From an uncultured Collinsella sp. (GTDB lineage Bacteria > Actinomycetota > Coriobacteriia > Coriobacteriales > Coriobacteriaceae): a stretch of DNA of 54,753 bases. The translations under genes and the position numbers were made by a program. The first letter of the stretch is position 1. Every line of letters starts with the position of its first letter. Shown here one piece after another: positions 45,968 to 54,753 of this stretch. Location: positions 1 to 54,753 of the forward strand of contig USAY01000001.1 of NCBI GenBank assembly GCA_900552755.1, written 5' to 3'. The notes under the pieces are model-generated. The model was not told the DNA's origin. It ran no database searches and saw nothing but the letters and a program-made list of their open reading frames with translations.

Positions 45968-47992
45968 ATGCGTCAATTTAAGACCGAGAGCAAAAAACTG
46001 CTCGACCTCATGATCAACTCCATCTACACCAATAAGGAAATCTTCCTGCGCGAGCTTATCTCTAACGCGAGCGACGCCGTCGACAAGCTCAACTTTAAGA
46101 GCCTGCAGGACCCGAGTGTCAAGATCGACCAGGGCGACCTGGCCATTCGCGTCTCCTTTGATAAAGACGCCCGCACCATTACCATCTCGGATAACGGCAT
46201 TGGCATGACCGCCGAGGAGCTCGAGCGCAACCTGGGCACCATCGCCCATTCCGGCTCCGAGGAGTTTAAGACCGAGAACGCCGAGCAGCAGGGTTCGGAA
46301 GTCGACATCATCGGCCAGTTTGGCGTGGGCTTCTACTCGGCTTTTATGGTCGCCAGCCATGTGAAGGTCGTCAGCCGCGCCTATGGCGCGGATGTCGCCC
46401 ATGTGTGGGAATCCGACGGTCTTGAGGGCTACACCATCGAGGACGGCGAGCGTGCCGAGCACGGTACCGATGTCATCCTGACGCTGCGCGAGAACGAGAA
46501 GCTCGATGCCGACGGCGAGGCCGAGACCTACGATCGCTTCCTGACCGAGTGGGGCCTCAAGAGCCTAATTCAGCAGTACAGTAACTATGTGCGTTACCCG
46601 ATCCAGATGATGGTGTCCAAGAGCCGCCAGAAGCCCAAGCCCGAGGATGCTGGCGATGACTACACGCCCGAGTACGAGGACTACCAGGAGCTCGAGACCG
46701 TCAACTCCATGACGCCGATCTGGAAAAAGCGCAGCTCCGATGTCGAGCAGAAGGACTACGACGAGTTCTACAAGTCCACGTTCCACGACTTTGACGATCC
46801 TGCGCGCACCATCAGCTTCCATGCCGAGGGCACGCTCGAGTATGACGCCCTGCTGTTTGTGCCGGGCCGCGCGCCGTTCGATCTGTACAGCAAGGATTAC
46901 GAGAAGGGTCTGGCGCTCTACAGCTCCAATGTCCTGATCATGGAGAAGTGCGACGACCTGCTGCCCGACTACTACAACTTTGTCCGCGGCGTCGTGGATT
47001 CCGCCGACGTGTCGCTCAACATCTCGCGAGAGACGCTGCAGCAGAACCGTCAGCTCAAGGCCATCGCCAAGCGTGTGGAAAAGAAGATCACCGCTGACCT
47101 TGAGGATATGCGTGACAACGACCGCGAGGCCTACGAGAAGTTCTTTGAGAACTTTGGCCGCGGCCTTAAGTACGGCATCTACTCGAGCTATGGCATGAAG
47201 GCCGATGAGCTCGCCGACCTGTTGCTGTTCTGGTCTGCCAAGGAACAGAAGATGATTACACTGGCCGAGTATGCCAAGGGCATGCCCGAGGATCAGAAGG
47301 CCATCTACTACGCCGCCGGCGATTCGCGCGAGCGCTTGGCCAAGATGCCCGTGGTAAAGGGCGTGCTCGACCGCGGCTATGACGTGCTGCTTCTGACGCA
47401 GGACGTGGATGAGTTTACCTTCCAGGCCATGCGTGAGTACGTTGCCGCCGATATGCCCAAGATCTACGAGGACGATGCTGCCCGCGAGGCTGCCGAGAAG
47501 GCTGTGGCCGACGGTGCCGAGCCCGAGGTCGAGGATCGTCATCTGGAGCTCAAGAACGTCGCGACCGGTGATCTTGACCTGGCGACCGAGGATGAGAAGA
47601 AGGAGGCCGAGGACGCCACCAAGGAGAACGAGGACCTCTTTAGCGCTATGAAAGAGGCACTCGGTGACAAGGTCGAGAAAGTTGCCGTCTCCGCGCGCCT
47701 GACCGATGCCCCCGCTTGCATCACCACCGAGGGTCCGCTTTCGCTTGAGATGGAGAAGGTACTCCAGAAGGGACCCGAGGGCGCGCCCGACGGCATGCCC
47801 AAGAGCCAGCGCGTGCTCGAGCTCAACGCCAAGCACCCGGTCTTTGACAAGCTTGTCGCTGCCCAGAAGGCAGGCGACGCCGACAAGATCAAGCAGTACT
47901 CTGGTCTGCTCTACGATCAGGCCCTGCTGGTCGAGGGCATCCTCCCCGAGGATCCCGTAGCCTTCGCGGCGGCTGTTTGCAACTTGATGTAG
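45968..47992 (+). CDS. htpG: Molecular chaperone HtpG (Hsp90)
   Basis: SIYTNKEIFLRELISNASDA, DNGIGM, IGQFGVGFYSAF and LNISRETLQ motifs. Confidence 0.98.
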   Translation: MRQFKTESKKLLDLMINSIYTNKEIFLRELISNASDAVDKLNFKSLQDPSVKIDQGDLAIRVSFDKDARTITISDNGIGMTAEELERNLGTIAHSGSEEFKTENAEQQGSEVDIIGQFGVGFYSAFMVASHVKVVSRAYGADVAHVWESDGLEGYTIEDGERAEHGTDVILTLRENEKLDADGEAETYDRFLTEWGLKSLIQQYSNYVRYPIQMMVSKSRQKPKPEDAGDDYTPEYEDYQELETVNSMTPIWKKRSSDVEQKDYDEFYKSTFHDFDDPARTISFHAEGTLEYDALLFVPGRAPFDLYSKDYEKGLALYSSNVLIMEKCDDLLPDYYNFVRGVVDSADVSLNISRETLQQNRQLKAIAKRVEKKITADLEDMRDNDREAYEKFFENFGRGLKYGIYSSYGMKADELADLLLFWSAKEQKMITLAEYAKGMPEDQKAIYYAAGDSRERLAKMPVVKGVLDRGYDVLLLTQDVDEFTFQAMREYVAADMPKIYEDDAAREAAEKAVADGAEPEVEDRHLELKNVATGDLDLATEDEKKEAEDATKENEDLFSAMKEALGDKVEKVAVSARLTDAPACITTEGPLSLEMEKVLQKGPEGAPDGMPKSQRVLELNAKHPVFDKLVAAQKAGDADKIKQYSGLLYDQALLVEGILPEDPVAFAAAVCNLM

Positions 47993-48022
47993 TTCGGGGA
48001 TACGGCACCGTAACTAGATTAG

Positions 48023-48092
48023 AACGAGAGTGGATAATCTCCCACTTTTGGCTCGAATGCGGGCTTGAAGTGAGAGATTTTCCACTCTCGTT
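48023..48092. repeat. 25-bp inverted repeat (2 mismatches, 20-nt loop)
   Basis: AACGAGAGTGGATAATCTCCCACTT and AAGTGAGAGATTTTCCACTCTCGTT; a second hairpin lies at 48101-48129. Confidence 0.8.
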
Positions 48093-48267
48093 TCCTTTTG
48101 AATGATCCCTCCGTCCCCAAGGGATCATTTATTTGTGCGGGTTGTGGTTTTGTGACCTGCTGAAATTTAGGATACTGTACATCTGTACGTTAACTCATCT
48201 TCGTAGTATATTGCTACCCGCAAAACTCAACACCATTGTGCTTTGAGACGTTAAAGCGCCTACTACA

Positions 48268-51084
48268 ATGGTTGTCGATAGTACGATTCGATTTAACGAC
48301 AGGATGGATGGTCCAAGCGTGAGTCTCGGCAGCAAACTATCCAATGCAAAGGTGTCCTTTGCGATATTTAAGCGCGACATTAAGCGACTGCTTGTGAACC
48401 CCGTCGCCCTGGTAGTTACCCTAGGCGTGTGCGTTATTCCCTCGCTGTATGCCTGGTATAACATCGTGGCAAACTGGGATCCGTATGGAAACACCCAAGG
48501 CATCAAGATTGCTATCGCCAACAACGATCGAGGCACCCAAAACGACTTGGTGGGTGAGCTCAACGCTGGCGACAAAGTGGTCGACCAGCTCAAGGAGAAT
48601 CATCAGTTGGGCTGGACGTTCGTCGACTCGACGGCCGATGCCAAGGAGGGCGTCGAGAGCGGCGAGTACTATGCCGCTATCGTGATTCCCAAGAACTTCT
48701 CGGATAACCTGGTTTCGATGCTCGACGGCAACTACCATCAGCCCAAGCTCACGTACTACGTCAATGAGAAGAAGAGCGCCATTGCGCCCAAGGTTACCGA
48801 TACCGGTGCAAACACCATCGAGGAGCAGATCAACTCGGAATTTGTCTCTACGGTAGGCAAGACTGTTGCCGGTATCGCCAAGGATGCCGGTGTCGATTTA
48901 AAGGACAAGGCAACCCAGACTCAGGACTCGCTGGCAAGTTCGGTGTCCGAGGCGTCCGACACCTTGGGCGAGGTGCGCGATTCGATTGGCGATATGAATG
49001 CCGCCATCGATAAGACGAGTGGCGCTATCGCCTCGGCTGATGCGGCACTTGCCGGCTTGCAAGGCCAGGCACCGTCGCTGACGCAGGCGATCTCCCAGGG
49101 CAACGACCTGCTGAGCGAAGCTCGCACCACGGCGGGCAACTCTATCGCCTCGCTCTCCAAGGCGCTCTCGGAAGGCAGCCTTGCGCTCACCAAGACGTCG
49201 GCCTCTGCGAACGCTGCCATCGGCAAGCTGACGGGCGCGGTCACATCTACGACCACCCGTATCGACAACTCGCTCGAGTCTCTTCAAGCGACGATCGACC
49301 ACAATAAGGCCGTTATCGGGCACTTGGAGATTCTCGCCAATGACACGTCGACAGGTTCCGAGGAAATTGACGCGCGCATTGTATCGACCATCGATTTGCT
49401 TCGAGAGCAGAATGAAAAGCTTCAGAGCATCAAGGACGGTCTGTCCGCGCAGTCGAGCGCCATGGCGAATGACGCAGCGGCTGTTTCGGGTGCCAGTGAC
49501 GCTATCAATAACGCAATTCATACCGGTGCGACCAACCTTGGCCAAGCCCAGACGGACTTGGGCCAAAACGCGCTGCCGAAGGCCTCGAGCGCGCTCGACT
49601 CTTTTGCTGCCGTTTCGGGCGACCTGACCGGTATCGTCTCGGGTATGACACCTACACTTGCAAATGCGCGCGGCACGTTGGCGCAGCTTAGCGCTACGCT
49701 CGGCCAGGCCAAGACCACGCTGTCCCAGACCGATTCCTCGCTTGCCAAGGTCCAGGACAAGCTTGCAACCGCCGCCAATGACATCGCGGCGCTGCAGACC
49801 TCCGAGTCCATGGGCGAGCTGGCCGATCTGATGGGCGTCGATGTCAATGACGTGGCAGATTTCATGGCGTCTCCGGTTGAGTTGACGTCCAAGTCAATCT
49901 ATCCGGTCAAGAGCTTTGGCTCGGGCATCGCTCCCTTCTACACCAATCTGGCGCTTTGGGTGGGCGGCTATGTGCTCATCGCCATTTACAAGCTCGAGGT
50001 CGACCGTGAAGGTGTTGGCAGCTTTACGGCGCGCCAAGGCTACTTTGGCCGCTGGTTGCTCATGGTGATCCTGGGCGCGTTGCAGGCCATCATCGTTACG
50101 GTAGGCGATCTGGTGATTGGCGTGCAGTGCGTCAGCCCGCTGCTGTTCGTGTTGGGCGGCATCGCCATTTCGTTCACCTACGTCAATATCATCTATGCGC
50201 TGTCCACCACGTTTAAGCATATCGGCAAGGCTATCGGCGTCATTCTCGTCATCGTGCAGATCCCGGGTTCGTCGGGCATGTACCCCATCGAGATGATGCC
50301 CGGCTTCTTCCAGTGGCTGCACCCGCTGCTGCCCTTTACCTACGGCATCAATCTGCTGCGCGAGACGGTCGGCGGCATGTATTCGTTCAACTACCTGTTT
50401 AACCTGTGCATTCTGGGCGTGTTCTTGATCGTGGCGCTCTTTATCGGCCTGCAGCTGCGTCCGCTGCTGCTCAACCTTAACCTGCTCTTTGATAAACAGC
50501 TCTCCACGACCGGTATGATGATTTGCGAGTCCAACGACCTGCCGCGCCAGCGCTACTCGCTGCGCACGGCCATGCGCGTCATGCTCGATTCCGATTCGTA
50601 CCGTCGCGAACTGCTCGATCATGCGGTCGCCTTTGAACATCGCTACCCGTACTACATCAAGGGCGGTTTTGCCGCCGTGGTGGGCGTTCAGGTCCTGCTC
50701 TTTGTCCTGTCGACGGTTCTCGATATCGACAATAACGGCAAGATCATCCTGCTTGTCATTTGGATCATCTCGGTTATTGCCATCTGCGGCTGGCTTATCA
50801 ATATCGAATATATCCGAGCGAGCCTCAATACCCAGATGCGCATCTCGGCGCTTTCGGATGAGGACCTGCGTCGCGAGATGCGCGAACACACGGCCGCCAT
50901 TCCTGCCGCCCGCCACATGTTTGGCCTCAACGCCAGCGAGCGTGGTGCCAAGGGCGGCGATCAGTCCACGGGCCGCTTGCCGCATATCGGCTCGCACCAT
51001 AAATCTCAGGGCAGCGACAGCACAGCCACAAATGATGGAGATACCACCCCGCTTGGCAAGCACTCTAAAGGAGGTGAGGCATAA
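48268..51084 (+). CDS. YhgE/Pip family membrane protein (start may be 48304 or 48319)
   Basis: PSLYAWYNI...WDPYGN, YYAAIVIP, long coiled coil, FGSGIAPFY and GMYPIE motifs. Confidence 0.93.
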   Translation: MVVDSTIRFNDRMDGPSVSLGSKLSNAKVSFAIFKRDIKRLLVNPVALVVTLGVCVIPSLYAWYNIVANWDPYGNTQGIKIAIANNDRGTQNDLVGELNAGDKVVDQLKENHQLGWTFVDSTADAKEGVESGEYYAAIVIPKNFSDNLVSMLDGNYHQPKLTYYVNEKKSAIAPKVTDTGANTIEEQINSEFVSTVGKTVAGIAKDAGVDLKDKATQTQDSLASSVSEASDTLGEVRDSIGDMNAAIDKTSGAIASADAALAGLQGQAPSLTQAISQGNDLLSEARTTAGNSIASLSKALSEGSLALTKTSASANAAIGKLTGAVTSTTTRIDNSLESLQATIDHNKAVIGHLEILANDTSTGSEEIDARIVSTIDLLREQNEKLQSIKDGLSAQSSAMANDAAAVSGASDAINNAIHTGATNLGQAQTDLGQNALPKASSALDSFAAVSGDLTGIVSGMTPTLANARGTLAQLSATLGQAKTTLSQTDSSLAKVQDKLATAANDIAALQTSESMGELADLMGVDVNDVADFMASPVELTSKSIYPVKSFGSGIAPFYTNLALWVGGYVLIAIYKLEVDREGVGSFTARQGYFGRWLLMVILGALQAIIVTVGDLVIGVQCVSPLLFVLGGIAISFTYVNIIYALSTTFKHIGKAIGVILVIVQIPGSSGMYPIEMMPGFFQWLHPLLPFTYGINLLRETVGGMYSFNYLFNLCILGVFLIVALFIGLQLRPLLLNLNLLFDKQLSTTGMMICESNDLPRQRYSLRTAMRVMLDSDSYRRELLDHAVAFEHRYPYYIKGGFAAVVGVQVLLFVLSTVLDIDNNGKIILLVIWIISVIAICGWLINIEYIRASLNTQMRISALSDEDLRREMREHTAAIPAARHMFGLNASERGAKGGDQSTGRLPHIGSHHKSQGSDSTATNDGDTTPLGKHSKGGEA

Positions 51085-53274
51085 ATGAAAAACATCCTGC
51101 ACCTGTTTAAGCGCGATGTCCAAAACGTGTCTCGCTCCGTGATCGGCATGATTGTTGTGATGGGCCTCATTATCGTGCCGTGCCTGTACGCGTGGTTTAA
51201 CATCGCCGGCAGCTGGGATCCCTACGGCAATACCGGCAACCTTAAGATCGCCGTGGTCAACACCGATGAGGGCTACGAGAGTGATCTGATTCCCGTCGAG
51301 GTCAACGTGGGCGAAAACGTAACCGCCACTCTGCGCGGCAACGAGAACTTCGACTGGGTCGTACTCAACGACCGCGATAAGGCGATTGAGGGCGTTAAGT
51401 CGGGCGCGTACTACGCTGCCGTCGTTATCCCTAAAACGTTTAGCGCCGACATGATGACGCTTTTCTCGACTGAGGTGAAGCACGCTGATATCGAGTTCTA
51501 CGAGAACCAGAAGGCCAATGCCATCGCGCAGATCGTGACCGAGAAAGGCTCGAGCGCCGTCCAGAGTCAGGTCAACGAGACCTTTACCAAGACCATTACG
51601 AGCATCGGCCTTAAAACCGTGTCCAGCCTGCTCGATTACATGAGCACCGACCAGGTCAGCAACTTTATCGCCAACCTGTCCTCGACGCTCGGCGATTCGA
51701 TTGAGGACCTGCAAGACGTTCAGGCTAATGCTTCGTCGCTGGCGGGCATTTTGAGCTCTACGTCCGATTCGTTGACGTCGGCGAGCGGTATGCTCCAGCA
51801 GACGGGTACGGTCGATGAGTCGACCAAGCGGTTGATGGAGCATGCCAAGAGCGGCATGAGCGATTCCAAAGAAGCGCTGAAGGCCGCCAACGACGCCATC
51901 AACGCCGCGATTGACGGAAGCGCTGGCTCGTTCGACAACGTGTCCGCCGAGCTTGCGAAGGCATTCGATGCCGCGAATCAGCATGTTGACCTTACGGTGT
52001 CTCAGCTCAACGATGCCGCGGCGGCGCTCAATACACGTGCCGACGATATCGACGCCACGGCCGACCAGCTCCGCGGCTTTGCCGAGCAGGTCAGTGACGA
52101 AAAGCTCCAGGAGAGCCTCAAGTCTGTGGCAACATCGCTGAACAGGATCGCGGTGGAGTATCGCAACAGCGCCAAGGACCTGACGGCAACTGCTAAGTCC
52201 CTTTCTGACAGCATGGCAGAGGTCAACAGCACGCGTGCCGAAGTCGACCAGGCCATCGCCGATGCCAAGGCGGGCATTTCGGGCGCCAAGTCCGACTACG
52301 ACTCCACGTTCTCGGTCAAGGCAAAGGAGCTCAAGAAGACGGTTTCAGGCATCCTGGACTCGCTGGATGGCATCTCGGGCGATCTGGATAGCGCCGTAGA
52401 CGGCCTGACCGACGCATCCGGTTCGCTGGCAAAGGGCCTCTCCAAGGCTGCAAAGCTGGTCAACAAGGCTTCCGATCAGCTGGGTGAAGCGTCCGATAAG
52501 ATCAGTGCCTTTAAGGACGAGCTCGACGGCGCCCTTATGTCGGACGATCTGGCCACGATCAAGACGATGATTGGCAATGATCCCGAGGGTTTGGCCGTGT
52601 CGCTTTCCGGTCCCGTCGCGCTCGATCGCAAGCCGATCTATCCGATCCGCAACTACGGCTCGGCCATGGCGCCGTTCTACACGATTCTGTCGCTCTGGGT
52701 CGGCTCGATCGTGCTGGCGGCCATGATGAAGGTGTCGGTTGACGACGAACTCATCAATGAGTTAATCCCCGTGCGCTTGCACGAGATCTACCTGGGCCGC
52801 TACCTGTTCTTTGGCGGTCTGGCCCTGCTGCAGGCAACGCTCGTGTGCGCGGGCGACATCCTGTTCTTTGGCATTCAGTGCGACAACCCGCTGCAGTTTG
52901 TGCTGGCGGGCTGGGTCGCGAGTCTCGTGTTCTCCAATATCGTCTACACGCTTACGGTTTCGTTTGGCGATATCGGCAAGGCTTTGGCCGTTGTGCTGCT
53001 GGTCATGCAGGTCGGCGGTTCGGGCGGTACGTTCCCCATCGAGATGACCGGCCCTGTGTTCCAGGCGATCTATCCGTTCCTGCCGTTTACCCATGGCATT
53101 AACGCCATGCATGCCGCCATGGCTGGCGCCTACCATATGGAGTACTGGGTTGAGCTGGGCATTCTGGCGAGCTATCTGATTCCGTCGCTGGCCCTGGGCG
53201 TCGTCTTCCGCCGTCCGGTCATCAAAGCCAACGACTGGATCATCGAAAAGCTGGAGTCGACAAAGCTAATTTAG
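51085..53274 (+). CDS. YhgE/Pip family membrane protein
   Basis: PCLYAWFNIAGSWDPYGN, NYGSAMAPFY and GGTFPIE motifs; AGGAGGTG SD. Confidence 0.93.
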   Translation: MKNILHLFKRDVQNVSRSVIGMIVVMGLIIVPCLYAWFNIAGSWDPYGNTGNLKIAVVNTDEGYESDLIPVEVNVGENVTATLRGNENFDWVVLNDRDKAIEGVKSGAYYAAVVIPKTFSADMMTLFSTEVKHADIEFYENQKANAIAQIVTEKGSSAVQSQVNETFTKTITSIGLKTVSSLLDYMSTDQVSNFIANLSSTLGDSIEDLQDVQANASSLAGILSSTSDSLTSASGMLQQTGTVDESTKRLMEHAKSGMSDSKEALKAANDAINAAIDGSAGSFDNVSAELAKAFDAANQHVDLTVSQLNDAAAALNTRADDIDATADQLRGFAEQVSDEKLQESLKSVATSLNRIAVEYRNSAKDLTATAKSLSDSMAEVNSTRAEVDQAIADAKAGISGAKSDYDSTFSVKAKELKKTVSGILDSLDGISGDLDSAVDGLTDASGSLAKGLSKAAKLVNKASDQLGEASDKISAFKDELDGALMSDDLATIKTMIGNDPEGLAVSLSGPVALDRKPIYPIRNYGSAMAPFYTILSLWVGSIVLAAMMKVSVDDELINELIPVRLHEIYLGRYLFFGGLALLQATLVCAGDILFFGIQCDNPLQFVLAGWVASLVFSNIVYTLTVSFGDIGKALAVVLLVMQVGGSGGTFPIEMTGPVFQAIYPFLPFTHGINAMHAAMAGAYHMEYWVELGILASYLIPSLALGVVFRRPVIKANDWIIEKLESTKLI

Positions 53275-53314
53275 TGCGGCAACGTTAACGCTGATGTAGC
53301 ACTAATGCCAGCGA

Positions 53315-53414
53315 GCGAGCCGCATTTGCGCCAAGGTGACGTGAAATGAAAGGGCGCTGACCTTCTGGTCGCGCCCTTGAAATTGAACGTCAGATTGGCG
53401 TGAATGCGGCTCGC
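53315..53414. repeat. 100-nt rod-like imperfect palindrome
   Basis: Stems GCGAGCCGCATT/AATGCGGCTCGC, GCGCCAA/TTGGCGT, TGACGT/ACGTCA and AAGGGCGC/GCGCCCTT. Confidence 0.75.
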
Positions 53415-53613
53415 GCAGCGACGGCCGGTCCGCCGTTCGGTAGAACGGCGGAACAAAACGCTTTAGTGGGCTGGATTGCGATGCAACGCCGGTTGTTGCT
53501 ACAGTAGCGGGGCGTGCCGGGGGTCCGGTGCGCCCTGTTTTTATTTGACCATGAGGCGGCACGCAGCCATACGCGTGCGGACACCACGCCAAGATTGAGT
53601 GTGAGGATGTTCC

Positions 53614-54597
53614 ATGGCCCAATACGCTGCCAACGAAATCGAAAACATGCCCGATAGCCCTGTCGCACGGGAGGACCTGGGCGCCGGCGGCACCTCCCGC
53701 GGCGCCGGCGCGCGTTCCCCGTTCTTCTGGAAGGTCTTGCTGCTATCGGTGGCGGTCATCTGGGGCTATTCCTTTACCACCATGAAAGATGCGCTCGACA
53801 CCATTCCGGTGTTCGAACTGCTCTATATTCGTTTTCTTCCGGCTTCGCTGGTTATGTTTGCCATCTTCCACAAACGCATCATCGCGCACTTTAATGCCCG
53901 CAACCTTATCGTCGGACTTGGTATGGGCGCACTTATGTGGGGCGCGTACGGTTTGCAGACGATTGGCCTGGCACAGACCACGGCGGGCAAGAGTGCATTT
54001 TTGACGGGTACCTATTGCATCCTCGTGCCGTTTGCGAGCTACGTCCTAAGCGGCGAAAAGCTTACCCGTTACAACTTGGGCGCCGCGTTGCTGTGCCTGG
54101 CGGGCATTGGTCTGGTGGCGCTCGATAGCGTCGAGTTCAATGTCGGCGATGTCATCACACTGGGCGGTGCGGTCTTCTTTGCCATCCAGATGGCGGTGAC
54201 GGCCAAATACGGTCGCAAGATGGACATCAACGTCATCACATTTTGGATGTTTGTGGGCAATGGCGTCTTGAGCTTGGCAACGTCGCTGCTATTCGAGACC
54301 CAAGCGCCCGCGTCCGTGTGGACGCCGAGCTTTATCGGTGTGATGGCGTTTCTATCGGTGGGCTGTACGTGTGTGGCTCTGCTCATCCAAAACGTCGGCC
54401 TGGCGCATGTCCCGGCCTCAACGGGCTCGCTGCTCCTTTCGATGGAGTCGCCTTCGGGTGTGCTGTTCTCGGTGCTGTTGATGGGGGAGGCGCTCACCTC
54501 GCGCCTGCTTTCCGGCTTCGCGCTCATCTTCCTGTCGATTATCTTGAGCGAGACGCATTTCGATTTCTTGCGCCGAAAATCACACCCGCAATTGTAA
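53614..54597 (+). CDS. DMT/EamA family transporter
   Basis: IWGYSF, QTIGLAQTTAGKSAFLTG, GDVITL and MESPSGVLFS motifs; about 10 TM helices. Confidence 0.92.
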   Translation: MAQYAANEIENMPDSPVAREDLGAGGTSRGAGARSPFFWKVLLLSVAVIWGYSFTTMKDALDTIPVFELLYIRFLPASLVMFAIFHKRIIAHFNARNLIVGLGMGALMWGAYGLQTIGLAQTTAGKSAFLTGTYCILVPFASYVLSGEKLTRYNLGAALLCLAGIGLVALDSVEFNVGDVITLGGAVFFAIQMAVTAKYGRKMDINVITFWMFVGNGVLSLATSLLFETQAPASVWTPSFIGVMAFLSVGCTCVALLIQNVGLAHVPASTGSLLLSMESPSGVLFSVLLMGEALTSRLLSGFALIFLSIILSETHFDFLRRKSHPQL

Positions 54598-54609
54598 ACA
54601 ACTTGTTGC

Positions 54610-54635
54610 GCCGCCCTCCCAGGGCGGCATTTTTT
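54610..54635 (+). terminator. Intrinsic terminator after the EamA gene
   Basis: GCCGCCCT-ccc-AGGGCGGC plus T-run. Confidence 0.75.
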
Positions 54636-54713
54636 ATGTCATGCCTTTACAGTTGTGCCTTGCACTTTACGCTATCAAAGTGCGTGCTGCAAAAACGTTA
54701 CTGGAGGGCATCT

Positions 54714-54753
54714 ATGGCACCAGCTCTGTCCGATTTTCAACCGCAACCAGCGC
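54714..54753 (+). CDS. Start of a gene running off the window
   Basis: GGAGG SD followed by ATG GCA CCA..., open to the end of the window. Confidence 0.5.
   Translation, partial: MAPALSDFQPQPA

Noticed and set aside
47430..47545. Acidic insertion in the HtpG middle domain
   Set aside because: Likely a lineage-specific surface loop with no intein or repeat hallmarks.
48268..53274. Tandem YhgE/Pip genes as a type VII secretion system
   Set aside because: No EssC/EccC ATPase or WXG100 genes are nearby, and tandem Pip pairs are common in gut Actinobacteria.

Overview
High-GC chromosomal segment, most consistent with a Coriobacteriia gut actinobacterium such as Collinsella (inferred from gene content and style, not searched). 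It opens with the tail of a lower-GC polysaccharide locus (FrhB-like Fe-S protein, Wzx flippase) abutting a convergent putative PD-(D/E)XK nuclease gene. Next come pyk, a P-type cation ATPase with a structured leader, rsgA, a Tad/Flp pilus cluster, a small toxin-antitoxin-like pair and tRNA-Phe. The middle holds a GH5-like gene, rsmI-metG-rsmA-tatD, tRNA-Leu, SPFH-rlmH-proC, serS, a small gene behind a LexA-type box, tRNA-Arg, a large TPR protein, an AAA-wHTH ATPase and tRNA-Ser. The right part has a D,D-carboxypeptidase divergent from a VanRS-like pair, pstB-phoBR-like genes, isolated cpsC/D/B regulators, GNAT, htpG, two YhgE/Pip genes and an EamA transporter. The most striking signal is that three different tRNA genes (Leu, Arg, Ser) are each followed by a 189-190 bp non-coding unit. 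Each unit duplicates the tRNA 3' end, carries an inverted copy of that tRNA's own T-arm, and shares a covarying hairpin core with GNA-type loops, which makes it a candidate tRNA-targeting structured (ssDNA) mini-element family. Other candidates are a two-state RNA switch upstream of the P-type ATPase, a GH5 lacking its acid/base glutamate, iteron-like repeats before the AAA ATPase, and several unrelated intergenic palindrome families. No CRISPR array, integrase or transposase was seen.
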